Below are positions 50,149 through 58,962 of a stretch of DNA of 61,083 nt, piece after piece (position 1 is the first letter of the stretch; every line of letters starts with the position of its first letter). Under the pieces are notes generated by a model. The model made no database searches. It was given only the letters and a program-made list of their open reading frames with translations, and had not been told where the DNA came from. Made by a program: the position numbers and the translations under genes. The stretch is taken from IMG/VR virus record IMGVR_UViG_3300013286_000014, positions 1 to 61,083 of that record; one strand, 5' to 3'. Source of the DNA: a virus. Its lineage: Duplodnaviria; Caudoviricetes.

Positions 50149-50749
50149 AAAATTACCTCCTCCTCCTGCGCAGTTAACAGATACGTATTATGCATATTAC
50201 GATCCTGTTACTAATCAGTTGTTATCCGTGACAAATGAAAAAATAAGTCTGTATAATGATTACTTAGAAGTTGATTTTGATACGTATGAACGACTAGTAA
50301 CTGGTAGAGAAAAATTTAGCGACTATCTATTAGGGCATATTAAAACAGAAGACAAAACTGTTTTAAAATTAATTCCTGTAGTTGAACAAGCATACAGTTT
50401 TAAAAACACAATGCTTGAAGTTATATCTGAAAACAAAATCAAAGATCCTGAGCTTGTTGTGGAATGGCATGGAGTGAACAAAGAATGGAATTTCTTTGTG
50501 TCTGCAACTGCCAAGGGAAGATTGAATGTTAAATTAGATAGTGCAAAGATTTTATTTTTTATCATTTTAGAAAATGACTATGATTTCCTGATTAGGACTA
50601 TTATAATTGATTCTCAAGAATTACTTTCACAGAAATGTGTAGGAATACCGTTTGCTAGTGAGATAGAAAATTATATAGGCAAACTGTCCGTTGCTTCTAG
50701 ATTGATTTTTGAAAGCCAGGCATTAAGGATAGTTAATGAAAACAATTAA
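50138..50749 (+). CDS. Hypothetical protein
   Basis: 203-aa ORF overlapping both neighbours in the operon. Confidence 0.7.
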   Translation: MVRKKLPPPPAQLTDTYYAYYDPVTNQLLSVTNEKISLYNDYLEVDFDTYERLVTGREKFSDYLLGHIKTEDKTVLKLIPVVEQAYSFKNTMLEVISENKIKDPELVVEWHGVNKEWNFFVSATAKGRLNVKLDSAKILFFIILENDYDFLIRTIIIDSQELLSQKCVGIPFASEIENYIGKLSVASRLIFESQALRIVNENN

Positions 50750-51635
50750 AATTATAGAACAAGACGTTGTATTTCTCAGCTACAACGAACCGAACGCTGA
50801 AAAGAACTATGCAGATTTATTGGCAAAAGTTCCTTGGGCCAAACGTGTACACGGAGTCAAGGGCAGTGATGCCGCGCACAAGGCCTGCGCCAAACTAAGC
50901 GAAACCGAATACTTTACCACAGTGGATGGCGACAACATTATCGATCCCAAATATTTGGAAGTAGAAATTGACATAGATGGAAAACAATTCACAGATGCCA
51001 ATGTTTTTAGTTGGGCAGGTAATGTGCATGTTAACGGATTAAAATACGGCAACGGCGGGCTAAAGTTGTGGACACGCAAGTTTGTTAACCAAATGAAGAC
51101 TCATGAAAATTCTAATCCCAATGATGTACAGGGAAAAGTTGAGTTTTGCTTTGATCAACGGTACTATCAATTTAACGAATGCTACAGCGAGAGCTTTACC
51201 AATGCAACACCCGAACAGGCATGGAGAGCAGGATTCCGAGAAGGGGTTAAGATGTGTTTGGTGCAAGGCGCTCGTGTGTCAAACACCAGCGAAATTTGGT
51301 GGCAAAACTATCATAGATTGCTTATATGGTCAAGTGTAGGGGCAGATGTTGAAAACGGTATATGGAGCATACTTGGTGCAAGAGAAGGCGCATACAAAAC
51401 GTTGTTGACCGATTGGGACTATGCCAATGTAAGAGATTTTGATTGGCTGAGTGAATTTTGGAATAAAACTCATGCCCAAGCAGAACCAGAAGAAATGACC
51501 AAATACATAAACTTTTTAGCACAAGAACTTAGAGACAAATCTAAATTAGAAATTGCTAATTTAGATTCAGCTGGTAGCAAGTTTTTCAAAACAGTTTATA
51601 GTCCAACACCTAGAAGTATTCGCAAAAAATTCTAA
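50736..51635 (+). CDS. Putative nucleotide-sugar transferase-like protein
   Basis: 'D.VFLSYNEP.A..N', 'RVHGVKG...AH', 'TVDGDN' DxD, 'YGNGGLKL', 'AWRAGFRE..K'. Confidence 0.55.
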   Translation: MKTIKIIEQDVVFLSYNEPNAEKNYADLLAKVPWAKRVHGVKGSDAAHKACAKLSETEYFTTVDGDNIIDPKYLEVEIDIDGKQFTDANVFSWAGNVHVNGLKYGNGGLKLWTRKFVNQMKTHENSNPNDVQGKVEFCFDQRYYQFNECYSESFTNATPEQAWRAGFREGVKMCLVQGARVSNTSEIWWQNYHRLLIWSSVGADVENGIWSILGAREGAYKTLLTDWDYANVRDFDWLSEFWNKTHAQAEPEEMTKYINFLAQELRDKSKLEIANLDSAGSKFFKTVYSPTPRSIRKKF

Positions 51636-52315
51636 TGTACGATATAATTTTCATCAGTTATAATGAGCTATACGCAGAGGCAAATTTTGCCAAACTGAGA
51701 GAAAGTTATCCGCTGGCCAAGCGTGTGGACGGAGTTGCTGGTATACATCAAGCACACATAGCCGCCGCCAAGAAATCTATGACCAAGATGTTTTGGGTAG
51801 TAGATGCCGATGCAGTCATAGTGGACTCGTTTAAATTTGATTATCATGTGCCTGATTGGGACTTGGATGTTGTTCATGTTTGGCACAGTCGAAATCCTGT
51901 TAATAATTTGACCTACGGATATGGTGGAGTTAAACTCTTACCAAAAAAACTTGCAATTGGTATGGCTACCAACACTATAGATATGACCATGAATATCAGT
52001 AGTAAATTTAAAGTCATGGAAGAGGTGAGTAATATCACGGCCTTTAACACAGATCCGTTTAGTGCATGGCGCAGTGCATTTAGAGAGTGTTGCAAACTAG
52101 CTGTAACGAACAATGAAGAATCTTTAGCTAGATTATATTTTTGGTGCCAATTAAATGACCGTGTTCAGTACGGTGCGTATGCTTATATGGGTGCAATTAC
52201 AGGCAAAAGTTACGGAGAAAAAAATGCCTCCAATCCGGAGGCACTTGCTAAAATAAATGATTTTAATTGGCTAGAAGCTCAGTGGCTAGCGGAAAAATTT
52301 CAGATATCACTTTAG
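51635..52315 (+). CDS. Putative nucleotide-sugar transferase-like protein (paralog of upstream gene)
   Basis: 'DIIFISYNE', 'RVDGV.GI..AH', 'VVDAD' DxD, 'YGYGGVKL', 'AWRSAFRE..K'. Confidence 0.55.
   Translation: MYDIIFISYNELYAEANFAKLRESYPLAKRVDGVAGIHQAHIAAAKKSMTKMFWVVDADAVIVDSFKFDYHVPDWDLDVVHVWHSRNPVNNLTYGYGGVKLLPKKLAIGMATNTIDMTMNISSKFKVMEEVSNITAFNTDPFSAWRSAFRECCKLAVTNNEESLARLYFWCQLNDRVQYGAYAYMGAITGKSYGEKNASNPEALAKINDFNWLEAQWLAEKFQISL
52218..52243 (-). terminator. Intrinsic terminator for the thyX operon, embedded in the opposite-strand gene
   Basis: Minus strand TGCCTCC-GGATT-GGAGGCA followed by 7 T, ~20 nt after the thyX stop. Confidence 0.65.
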
Positions 52316-52931
52316 CACAAGCAACAGCAACTTCTCGATGTTCTTTTTGTGTGCCGTTAGCACTGCGCAATTCAATGAAATGCACCCAGCTACGCAGGGT
52401 ACCATTCATATAAATCCTGCTTTCAGTAAGACCTTCTGGTAGTACAGCACGGGCTTGCTCTTTAGCTATGCCGTTTGCAATAGCCCATTCGTATTCACGT
52501 TTGGCGGCATAGATGACTCGTTGTTGAGCTCTGTACCATTCGTTTTGTAGCAATTGATCATCCACGGTGATGCTGTTCTGTCTATTTTTATCGTCTTGGA
52601 GTCTAGCTTCTCTACATACAAACGACAGATCTTTAGTAGGGTCAGCATATCGTTGGGAGAACTCTTGGAAGCTGAAGCTACGATGTCTAAGGATCTGTCG
52701 TGCAATATCTCTTGTTGTAGTAATTTCGATACAGGCTGAGACCATTTCGAGTGGGCTCCAGTGTTGGTGTTTGACCAAGTATCGGATGAGCTTGTCGGAT
52801 GTTTCAGTGTTAAGTTGGTTGCTGGGATTGGACACACGGGCACAATACGCAATGAGTTCCTGTGCATCTTGGATACCAAGATTTGCAAATTCCTGTGTGG
52901 GCTGGGAGTAACTGAGTAAGCGAACATGCAT
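52263..52931 (-). CDS. thyX: FAD-dependent thymidylate synthase
   Basis: ThyX motif RHRSFSFQEFSQRY, HWSPLE, ARAVLP, TQKEHR. Confidence 0.95.
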   Translation of the reverse strand: MHVRLLSYSQPTQEFANLGIQDAQELIAYCARVSNPSNQLNTETSDKLIRYLVKHQHWSPLEMVSACIEITTTRDIARQILRHRSFSFQEFSQRYADPTKDLSFVCREARLQDDKNRQNSITVDDQLLQNEWYRAQQRVIYAAKREYEWAIANGIAKEQARAVLPEGLTESRIYMNGTLRSWVHFIELRSANGTQKEHREVAVACAKVISEIFPLATELLAN

Positions 52932-52934
52932 TAT

Positions 52935-53255
52935 TTATAGCTTCTTTTTCTTTAAAAATTTCTGTGTACTACGTTCAATATCTTTTCTAACGCGGTTTGT
53001 GTCTAATTTAAAATCGATGTTATCAATTTTATCTTCATAGCTTTTAACCAGCTCTGATAAGTTTCGTTCAAAGACGTCCCATCCTTCGCGTTTAGCTTTT
53101 TGCGTTATTTTTATTTCCCAAATCTTGCCATCTTTAAAATTGACCAAAACAGTATGCAAGTACCCTAACGGTACCACATTTAATCGTACATCACCGAAGA
53201 TTTCCGGCCAATTTTCTATAACATCTTTGGGAAGAGATCTTCCCGTTTTTGTCAC
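52935..53255 (-). CDS. Hypothetical protein
   Basis: 106 aa, GTG start coupled to upstream stop. Confidence 0.7.
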   Translation of the reverse strand: MTKTGRSLPKDVIENWPEIFGDVRLNVVPLGYLHTVLVNFKDGKIWEIKITQKAKREGWDVFERNLSELVKSYEDKIDNIDFKLDTNRVRKDIERSTQKFLKKKKL

Positions 53256-53875
53256 TTGACTTTTTTGGTCGGAACCAACTCCTCGGCTTTTCGACGCATC
53301 TCGGCAGCTTGTTTACTCAACTTGTCTGCTTGACTGCGGAAAAACTTTGCCCGATCTTCTGGACTGGCATCTGATGCAGGTTGCACCAATTCTACTGTAG
53401 CAGTAGCTTTGGCATCCATTTTAATAGCTTCGTCGATGTTTGCTACATCTTGAATACTACGTGCTTCTGTCTTTTCTTTTGTGTCAGATTTAAGTGACAA
53501 GTCATCGATAGCAACACCACGCTGTTCAGCAATAATTTGATTCAACTCGCTCAACAAAATATTGAATTGTGTAGTAGGAGTCATCTCGATATCGCTTGTT
53601 GGTGCTTTGATCAACCGGCCGTTGCCGTGCAACCAACGTAGCATATTACTGCCATCTGGAAATTGATTACGATCCAATGCATCTGCAAATTCGTATGCAT
53701 CTTGACCACTGCCACTTTCTACCAAGTTAATAATGGCATCGTGAAATATGTCGGGCATATTTTCAGTTGGAACAATTAAGCAGTAGTGCGCATCACCTGG
53801 CAATGTACGGTAAGCTACCAAGCATTTTTTGTTTGTGGCTTTTACACGGGCCACGTGTTTGAGTTCGTTTGCCAT
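53252..53875 (-). CDS. Hypothetical protein
   Basis: 207 aa, AGGAG RBS, C-terminal coiled coil. Confidence 0.75.
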   Translation of the reverse strand: MANELKHVARVKATNKKCLVAYRTLPGDAHYCLIVPTENMPDIFHDAIINLVESGSGQDAYEFADALDRNQFPDGSNMLRWLHGNGRLIKAPTSDIEMTPTTQFNILLSELNQIIAEQRGVAIDDLSLKSDTKEKTEARSIQDVANIDEAIKMDAKATATVELVQPASDASPEDRAKFFRSQADKLSKQAAEMRRKAEELVPTKKVK

Positions 53876-53877
53876 AA

Positions 53878-54117
53878 TTAAGCTCCTGTGGTAGGTGCGG
53901 CTGCTTTTTGTGCTTCTGCTTGTTTAGCAACAACGGCTAAAAATGATTCTAACTTGGTGTATGTTTGACCAACTGCAACCATTTCGTTTGGTTTGAATGC
54001 GCCACGTGAGCTGGCAATATCAATGATAACTTTCATTGCTTGCAAGTCGTTGATGGTCAATTCCTGTGACTGTTCTGCTTGGGCTTCTGGAGCCGCTTGT
54101 GTTTGTTCTTCACTCAT
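53878..54117 (-). CDS. Hypothetical protein
   Basis: 79 aa, strong TAAGGAG RBS, 'IID.AS.RGAFK..E...VG..Y.KL..FL' core. Confidence 0.75.
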   Translation of the reverse strand: MSEEQTQAAPEAQAEQSQELTINDLQAMKVIIDIASSRGAFKPNEMVAVGQTYTKLESFLAVVAKQAEAQKAAAPTTGA

Positions 54118-54146
54118 TTAGAGTTCTCCTTAAAGTACTAATATAA

Positions 54147-54434
54147 TTATCTACTCTGTAGGAGAGGACATGCAATCGTGAAAAAACTGAGTTCTTTTTC
54201 CGATTCAAAACCAATACGTGTATTATACACTATTGTATTGGTATTATCTAGCACAATACCCTGACCCACGTAGTACCTACTATTTAGATTCTTCTTGATC
54301 CACGAGTCGACAGATTTGACTATAGTTGGATTATACTTGTCTAAACTAGTGTATTTAAAATGTGGGCAGGCAAACTCAACCCTGCGTAGATCGAAATAAT
54401 CTAAAGGATTGGGTTTGCCATTTTTTAAAGCCAT
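54147..54434 (-). CDS. Hypothetical protein
   Basis: 95 aa, start overlaps the upstream stop. Confidence 0.7.
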   Translation of the reverse strand: MALKNGKPNPLDYFDLRRVEFACPHFKYTSLDKYNPTIVKSVDSWIKKNLNSRYYVGQGIVLDNTNTIVYNTRIGFESEKELSFFTIACPLLQSR

Positions 54435-55618
54435 TAAGCAAGTTCCTTGACTTCTTCGTAGTAAGCATACTCGCCAAACGGTGGAACGATTGTGTTATTG
54501 CCGTGGATCACAAACACTGTATCGCAGTAGTTTTCATCACCCCAGCTGCCCCAAGGGTAACCGTCTGTGAACATGATAAACTTTTTGGGTTGAATATCAT
54601 GTTCTTTCATGTATTCCCAGTTGGCGTCAAACTCAGTTCCGCCACCGCCCATTGGTTCGTACTCGTCGAACTCGTCAATATTGTATCCGTCAAAGTCTGC
54701 TTCGTTGTATACTTTGGTATCAAAGCACCAAACTTTAATCTTAAAGTCTTTGTACTCTTGCATGATACCTTTGATTTCTGTCAAAAAGTCTTTTGCTTGT
54801 TCGTCACCGATCGAACCTGACATGTCAATTGCTACACAGATATCAATTGTTTCTTCAAATTGTGTACCTGGAAGAATTGCACTCATATGCCAGCCTTTAC
54901 GGTTAGGACGCATGAACGAATAGTCATTCTTAATAGTGCTTTGAATTTGCTGACGCAAAATTTCACGCCAATTCATTTTGGGCTCTGTTAAATCTTTGAT
55001 CATGCGTTGTACGCTAGCAGGAGTATTACCTGCACCTGCGGCCTGTGCGGCTTGCATTGTGGCTTCGCGAATCTCGTCACGAATTTGTTTTAATTCCTCT
55101 TTGCTGTATCTAGGCTTGCCATCTTTACCATCTTCGCCCCAGTCAATATGATCATCCAGCAGTTGGCCCAACTGATTGAGTTCATCTTCGTCCATCTCAT
55201 CAAAGATTTTATCGTACACTTCTTCAGCACCCATGCCGTAATATTTTTGGTCATGGAAGATTGTGATACCTTCAATTTTGTGATCTCCAATACGATCACG
55301 TACAATTTGTCCGTTAACACAATAGTCGGCGGCAATGTTAAAAATTCGCGGATTGCGATGATCTCTACGACTCATATGATCGAATACATTATGCAAGATT
55401 TCATGTGCAATAACAAATTCAACTTGTTTGACTGTTAAGGGTGTAAAAAATTCTCGGTTAAAAAAGATTGTACGTCCGTCTGTAGCGGCAGTGCCCATCC
55501 ATTCGGAACCTTCTTCAATTTTCAAACGTGTAGCCATGTTGCCAAAAAACGGATGGCGAAGTAGCAAGCCTACTCGTGCTACGATAATTTTATCGATGAT
55601 TGGATCTGCGTGTGACAT
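54434..55618 (-). CDS. Metallopeptidase-like (HExxH) plus VWA domain protein (DUF2201-type)
   Basis: 'TAATDG', HEILH, 'NIAAD..VN', MIDAS 'DMSGS', 'GGGGT.F', 'FTDG'. Confidence 0.85.
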   Translation of the reverse strand: MSHADPIIDKIIVARVGLLLRHPFFGNMATRLKIEEGSEWMGTAATDGRTIFFNREFFTPLTVKQVEFVIAHEILHNVFDHMSRRDHRNPRIFNIAADYCVNGQIVRDRIGDHKIEGITIFHDQKYYGMGAEEVYDKIFDEMDEDELNQLGQLLDDHIDWGEDGKDGKPRYSKEELKQIRDEIREATMQAAQAAGAGNTPASVQRMIKDLTEPKMNWREILRQQIQSTIKNDYSFMRPNRKGWHMSAILPGTQFEETIDICVAIDMSGSIGDEQAKDFLTEIKGIMQEYKDFKIKVWCFDTKVYNEADFDGYNIDEFDEYEPMGGGGTEFDANWEYMKEHDIQPKKFIMFTDGYPWGSWGDENYCDTVFVIHGNNTIVPPFGEYAYYEEVKELA

Positions 55619-55648
55619 ATCTGCTCCTGATGTTTACTATATGTATAT

Positions 55649-55677
55649 ATTATAACACCACCCGAAGGTGGTGTCAA
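55649..55677 (-). promoter_or_regulatory. Consensus sigma70 promoter TTGACA-N17-TATAAT containing a cUUCGg hairpin
   Basis: Minus strand TTGACA CCACCTTCGGGTGGTGT TATAAT; ACACCACC-TTCG-GGTGGTGT inverted repeat. Confidence 0.75.
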
Positions 55678-55693
55678 ATGGTGCTAAATCAAA

Positions 55694-56782
55694 TTATTTT
55701 TCAGTAGCTTGAGCAATAAAGCGACCGTATTTGGTGTGGAACGCATCAAAACACTTGATTTCGTCCGGATCCAATGGCAACTTGTAAGTACTCAATGCCA
55801 ATTTAGTACCCATAATAACCAATTCTGTTTCAAAGTTATTCATCATAAATTCGAAGAAGCAGTTAACTTGTCCATTCCAATCTTTAACTTTCTTCTCGCA
55901 AGAATCTTTCAATTCATAGCACAAGGACACAGTCAAAGAGTACATGGCACTGATTTCTTTAGAATCCATCTTTTTAACTTTACCGCTCAAAATGTCTGTA
56001 GGATTAGGCATCTTGCTGGAAATCTTACGATGAGCCATGAAGCTGATTGCCAACCCTTCGCCTACAGACCCCGATACCAAGTCTGTAAGTGTGTCAACAT
56101 CCACATCGTCGTCTGTGAGCAATTCGCTCACAAATGACCAAGAGCGTGGAGTAGCAAATGCACGTGAGCTGGACTTTGGATCAAAATCGTACAAGCTCTT
56201 TTTACTGAAGCTCAAAAAACCAACAACATCTTGATGAACTTTGTTTTCAACAGCCCATTCAAAGTAGTCGTCCCAGTTAACTTGCATTTCCAAGTGAACA
56301 AAACGATTAGCCAACGGAGCAGGCATACGGAATGTAACACCTTTGTCAGTCTCGCGATTACCAGCCGCTACCAACACAACATTGTCTGGCAAGTGGTAAG
56401 TACCCACACGACGATTCAAAATCAACTGATAAGCCGCCGCTTGCACACTGGGTGCGGCACTGTTCATTTCATCCAAGAATAGGATAATTTGTTTGTGTTG
56501 ACTTGCCAATTCTGCGTTTGGCAATTCGCTAGGAGGAGCCCAACGCATGGTATTATCGTTGGAATCAAAATATGGAATGCCTTTAATGTCGGTAGGTTCC
56601 CAAAGACTCAAACGAACGTCGATTACATGAGCATCGAGCTCAGCACCAAGTTGTTTGATAATATCTGATTTACCAATTCCGGGAGGACCCCAAAGGAAAA
56701 TTGGACGTTTGTTTTTAAAAGCCTTACGCAAGGACTTTTTAGCACCGCTTGGGCCCACTGTACGGCTACTAATTTCTGGCAT
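55694..56782 (-). CDS. MoxR-like AAA+ ATPase
   Basis: Walker A GPPGIGKS, Walker B LFLDEMN, sensor AAGN, 'PLANRF', 'TPRSW'; paired with a VWA gene. Confidence 0.88.
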   Translation of the reverse strand: MPEISSRTVGPSGAKKSLRKAFKNKRPIFLWGPPGIGKSDIIKQLGAELDAHVIDVRLSLWEPTDIKGIPYFDSNDNTMRWAPPSELPNAELASQHKQIILFLDEMNSAAPSVQAAAYQLILNRRVGTYHLPDNVVLVAAGNRETDKGVTFRMPAPLANRFVHLEMQVNWDDYFEWAVENKVHQDVVGFLSFSKKSLYDFDPKSSSRAFATPRSWSFVSELLTDDDVDVDTLTDLVSGSVGEGLAISFMAHRKISSKMPNPTDILSGKVKKMDSKEISAMYSLTVSLCYELKDSCEKKVKDWNGQVNCFFEFMMNNFETELVIMGTKLALSTYKLPLDPDEIKCFDAFHTKYGRFIAQATEK

Positions 56783-56838
56783 GTTATTTCCTATCTTAGT
56801 TTAAAAAATACGTTGTTGAATTAACTCTGTATGTATGT

Positions 56839-56867
56839 ATTATATAGGAAACCGACCGGAGTGTCAA
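56839..56867 (-). promoter_or_regulatory. Consensus sigma70 promoter TTGACA-N17-TATAAT
   Basis: TTGACA at 56867-56862 and TATAAT at 56844-56839, 17-nt spacer, upstream of the AAA gene. Confidence 0.75.
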
Positions 56868-57271
56868 CTGTTATCTGTGCCAGCAAGTTCTTTTTCTCGC
56901 TCATTCATGGCTTTGATTATGCCAAATTTTCTAATGTCGTCCGAAAACAACATTAGCTCAAATCCTTTGCGTTCTGAAAACACAGTGATTGACATAGGTG
57001 TTAGATAATATGGACAGTCTACATACCTTTCCAAAAAGATAATTGTTTGCGGACTTAGCTCGATTGGTTCAGTGAACGGAATCTCATACTCTTTCAAGTC
57101 CAATTCTTTAACCAAAAATTCATAACCCTCTTCACTTAGTCGAAAGTTGGTTGTTTTGCCTGCTCTAGTACTTTGCCACCATTTGCGTGAGAACAATTGC
57201 AAGTTGGCTTCATCTGTACTCTTGCCCCATTGCTGTAAAAATATTTTGGTAAGGGCGTTGCGTGTTATCAT
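56864..57271 (-). CDS. Hypothetical protein
   Basis: 135 aa, ATGA-coupled to the upstream gene. Confidence 0.7.
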   Translation of the reverse strand: MITRNALTKIFLQQWGKSTDEANLQLFSRKWWQSTRAGKTTNFRLSEEGYEFLVKELDLKEYEIPFTEPIELSPQTIIFLERYVDCPYYLTPMSITVFSERKGFELMLFSDDIRKFGIIKAMNEREKELAGTDNS

Positions 57272-57552
57272 TTTATAACAGTGCCTTGAGTCAGCATCAC
57301 AACTTGAAAATCATCTACACCAAATGTCTGGTTCAATTTCTTTGCCAAATTGTGTGCATGTCCGGGATTTGAAAAACTGACTTTTTTATATTTGGGGCCG
57401 GGATAACTGGTAAGGCTATTAAAACTCTTTAGATTGAAAGGCTCGTTCTTATAGAAGACGGCCCAAATTGCCTCGGCTTCTAAAACCTGTTCGGCTTTAT
57501 AAGTTTTTTTATTAACGTATTCTAAAAGAACTTTTGGTTTTGGTCTTGACAT
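57268..57552 (-). CDS. Hypothetical protein (MSRPKP..., 'PGPKYKKVSFSNPGHA' motif)
   Basis: 94-aa basic protein preceded by a late promoter and a hairpin. Confidence 0.75.
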   Translation of the reverse strand: MSRPKPKVLLEYVNKKTYKAEQVLEAEAIWAVFYKNEPFNLKSFNSLTSYPGPKYKKVSFSNPGHAHNLAKKLNQTFGVDDFQVVMLTQGTVIK

Positions 57553-57590
57553 GATGTATGCGTCTCTCGATAAGTACGCATATATTTATC
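57553..57590 (-). promoter_or_regulatory. Late promoter GATAAATA plus RBS-sequestering hairpin
   Basis: GATAAATA (57590-57583); inverted repeat TATGCGT/ACGCATA (57557-57563, 57576-57582) enclosing GAGAG. Confidence 0.55.
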
Positions 57591-57591
57591 A

Positions 57592-57843
57592 TTATTTGTC
57601 GTCAAAACCACCTCCATCCATTGTAACGCTTACAACTTCGGTTTCTGCTGATGTTTTTAGCTTGTTAAACAATGTTTCAAAGTCTTGTAGTAGCTTATCT
57701 TGTATTTCCAACAAAGCTAGGTTAAGCAACCTAGCCTGTTGAATAGTTAATTTAACTTCTCTAGCCTGAGTCAGCTCGGCCGCACGTAGAGTTTGAGCAA
57801 ACTGTGATATAGGTGTTAGATTAATCGGATTTTGCATTGGCAA
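57592..57843 (-). CDS. Hypothetical protein
   Basis: ~81-83 aa helical protein ending MDGGGF; exact start uncertain. Confidence 0.65.
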   Translation of the reverse strand: MPMQNPINLTPISQFAQTLRAAELTQAREVKLTIQQARLLNLALLEIQDKLLQDFETLFNKLKTSAETEVVSVTMDGGGFDDK

Positions 57844-58300
57844 GTATCTGTTTCATTTCAAATTCAGTCTTAAAAGGACCTTTGTACTCATTACGTTCTA
57901 ATGTAATGACTTTAGGGCAGAATGATTTGACCCATCCTTTATTGAATTTGATTATATAGTAACCTGCACAGTACAAACTCTTACTGGCATTGCTCTTGGT
58001 AAACAGTGGCAGACGACGTCTTACATCGTACATGCTGTTATAAGGTTGCACACTGGTAGCAAATCCATGACATTCGTTAGGCTCTGTTTGTGTTACTTTG
58101 ACTTTGGAACTAGATAGAAAGAAACCTTCACCAAATTGCTTGGTAAGATCCTGTTTTTTGTTAAACATAACTTCACCTGCTGTACTGCTCAAGATGAATT
58201 TGTTGTTTTCTTTTTTGTGTAATGTTGCAATTTTAGAACCGTCTTGTTCTACAATCCAAAATTTACCATCCACAATAGGCTTGGCGTATATTACTGACAT
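57821..58300 (-). CDS. Hypothetical protein
   Basis: Start reassigned to ATG 58300 (MSVIYAKP) after an AAGGAG RBS; 'LPLFTKS..SKS.YCAGYY.I.F..GW...FCPK' core. Confidence 0.75.
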   Translation of the reverse strand: MSVIYAKPIVDGKFWIVEQDGSKIATLHKKENNKFILSSTAGEVMFNKKQDLTKQFGEGFFLSSSKVKVTQTEPNECHGFATSVQPYNSMYDVRRRLPLFTKSNASKSLYCAGYYIIKFNKGWVKSFCPKVITLERNEYKGPFKTEFEMKQILANAKSD

Positions 58301-58350
58301 GTTTTTCTCCTTGATACTACTAGGCCCCGGAGGCACACTAGTAATATACA

Positions 58351-58358
58351 TATTTATC
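58351..58358 (-). promoter_or_regulatory. Late promoter GATAAATA followed by a leader hairpin (58314-58347)
   Basis: Octamer match, then ATATTACTAG/CTAGTAGTAT stem just before the RBS. Confidence 0.45.
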
Positions 58359-58369
58359 TCTTTCATCTG

Positions 58370-58504
58370 TTAGATTACTTCGTATTCGTCTTTGCCACAC
58401 CCGCATTCTGGGCATAAAAAATCGTCTGGCAATTCGTTCCAAACACCTTCAAAGTCTTCATCGTGGATATGTCCACATACTACGCATACATGTGTTTCAC
58501 TCAT
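58370..58504 (-). CDS. Rubredoxin
   Basis: Below the ORF-track cutoff. Translation MSETHVCVVCGHIHDEDFEGVWNELPDDFLCPECGCGKDEYEVI has CxxCG and W..LP.D..CPxCG motifs. Confidence 0.9.
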   Translation of the reverse strand: MSETHVCVVCGHIHDEDFEGVWNELPDDFLCPECGCGKDEYEVI

Positions 58505-58953
58505 TATAGTGTCTCCAATACTTGTTGATATGCTTCTGCATGGCGTTTTTCAATTTTAGCTAACGCCGCAAAACGTTTTTCTGCTTTGGCTAGAACTGCG
58601 GCAAACTGTGCGGCATGTTCTTTTGATTCTTCAATTTGGTTGGCGGCTTCTTTGGCGGCTTCTAGTTCGCCTTCTCGTTCAGCAATGGCTTGAAACTGTG
58701 GATACATCTGAGTAAACTCGTATGTTTCACCTTCGATAGCTTTTTCCAAACATTCTTTGGTTGTGGGCTTACCAACTATTAGTTCCAAATGACCCCATGC
58801 GTGTAGTAGCTCTTGATCTGCTGTATGTTCAAAGTGTTTGGCAACATCTTCAAATCCTTCTGCTCGAGCGATCTTCGCAAAGTAGCGATATTTGATATGA
58901 GCCTGTGACTCACCGGCCAGCGCCGATTCTAAATTTTTAATTGTAACTGACAT
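58504..58953 (-). CDS. Rubrerythrin (ferritin-like diiron domain)
   Basis: 'NL..ALAGESQA..KY.YFA..A..EG...VA..F..TA.QE..HA', 'AIEGETYE...MYP', 'IE..HA..Y'. Confidence 0.9.
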   Translation of the reverse strand: MSVTIKNLESALAGESQAHIKYRYFAKIARAEGFEDVAKHFEHTADQELLHAWGHLELIVGKPTTKECLEKAIEGETYEFTQMYPQFQAIAEREGELEAAKEAANQIEESKEHAAQFAAVLAKAEKRFAALAKIEKRHAEAYQQVLETL

Positions 58954-58962
58954 AGTTTCTCC

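Noticed and set aside
52466-52939. 153-aa alternative-frame ORF in thyX starting 4 nt after TATAAATA
   Set aside because: The octamer is explained by the upstream stop codon context, and the ORF lies wholly within thyX with no recognisable motifs; probably coincidental, though not excluded.
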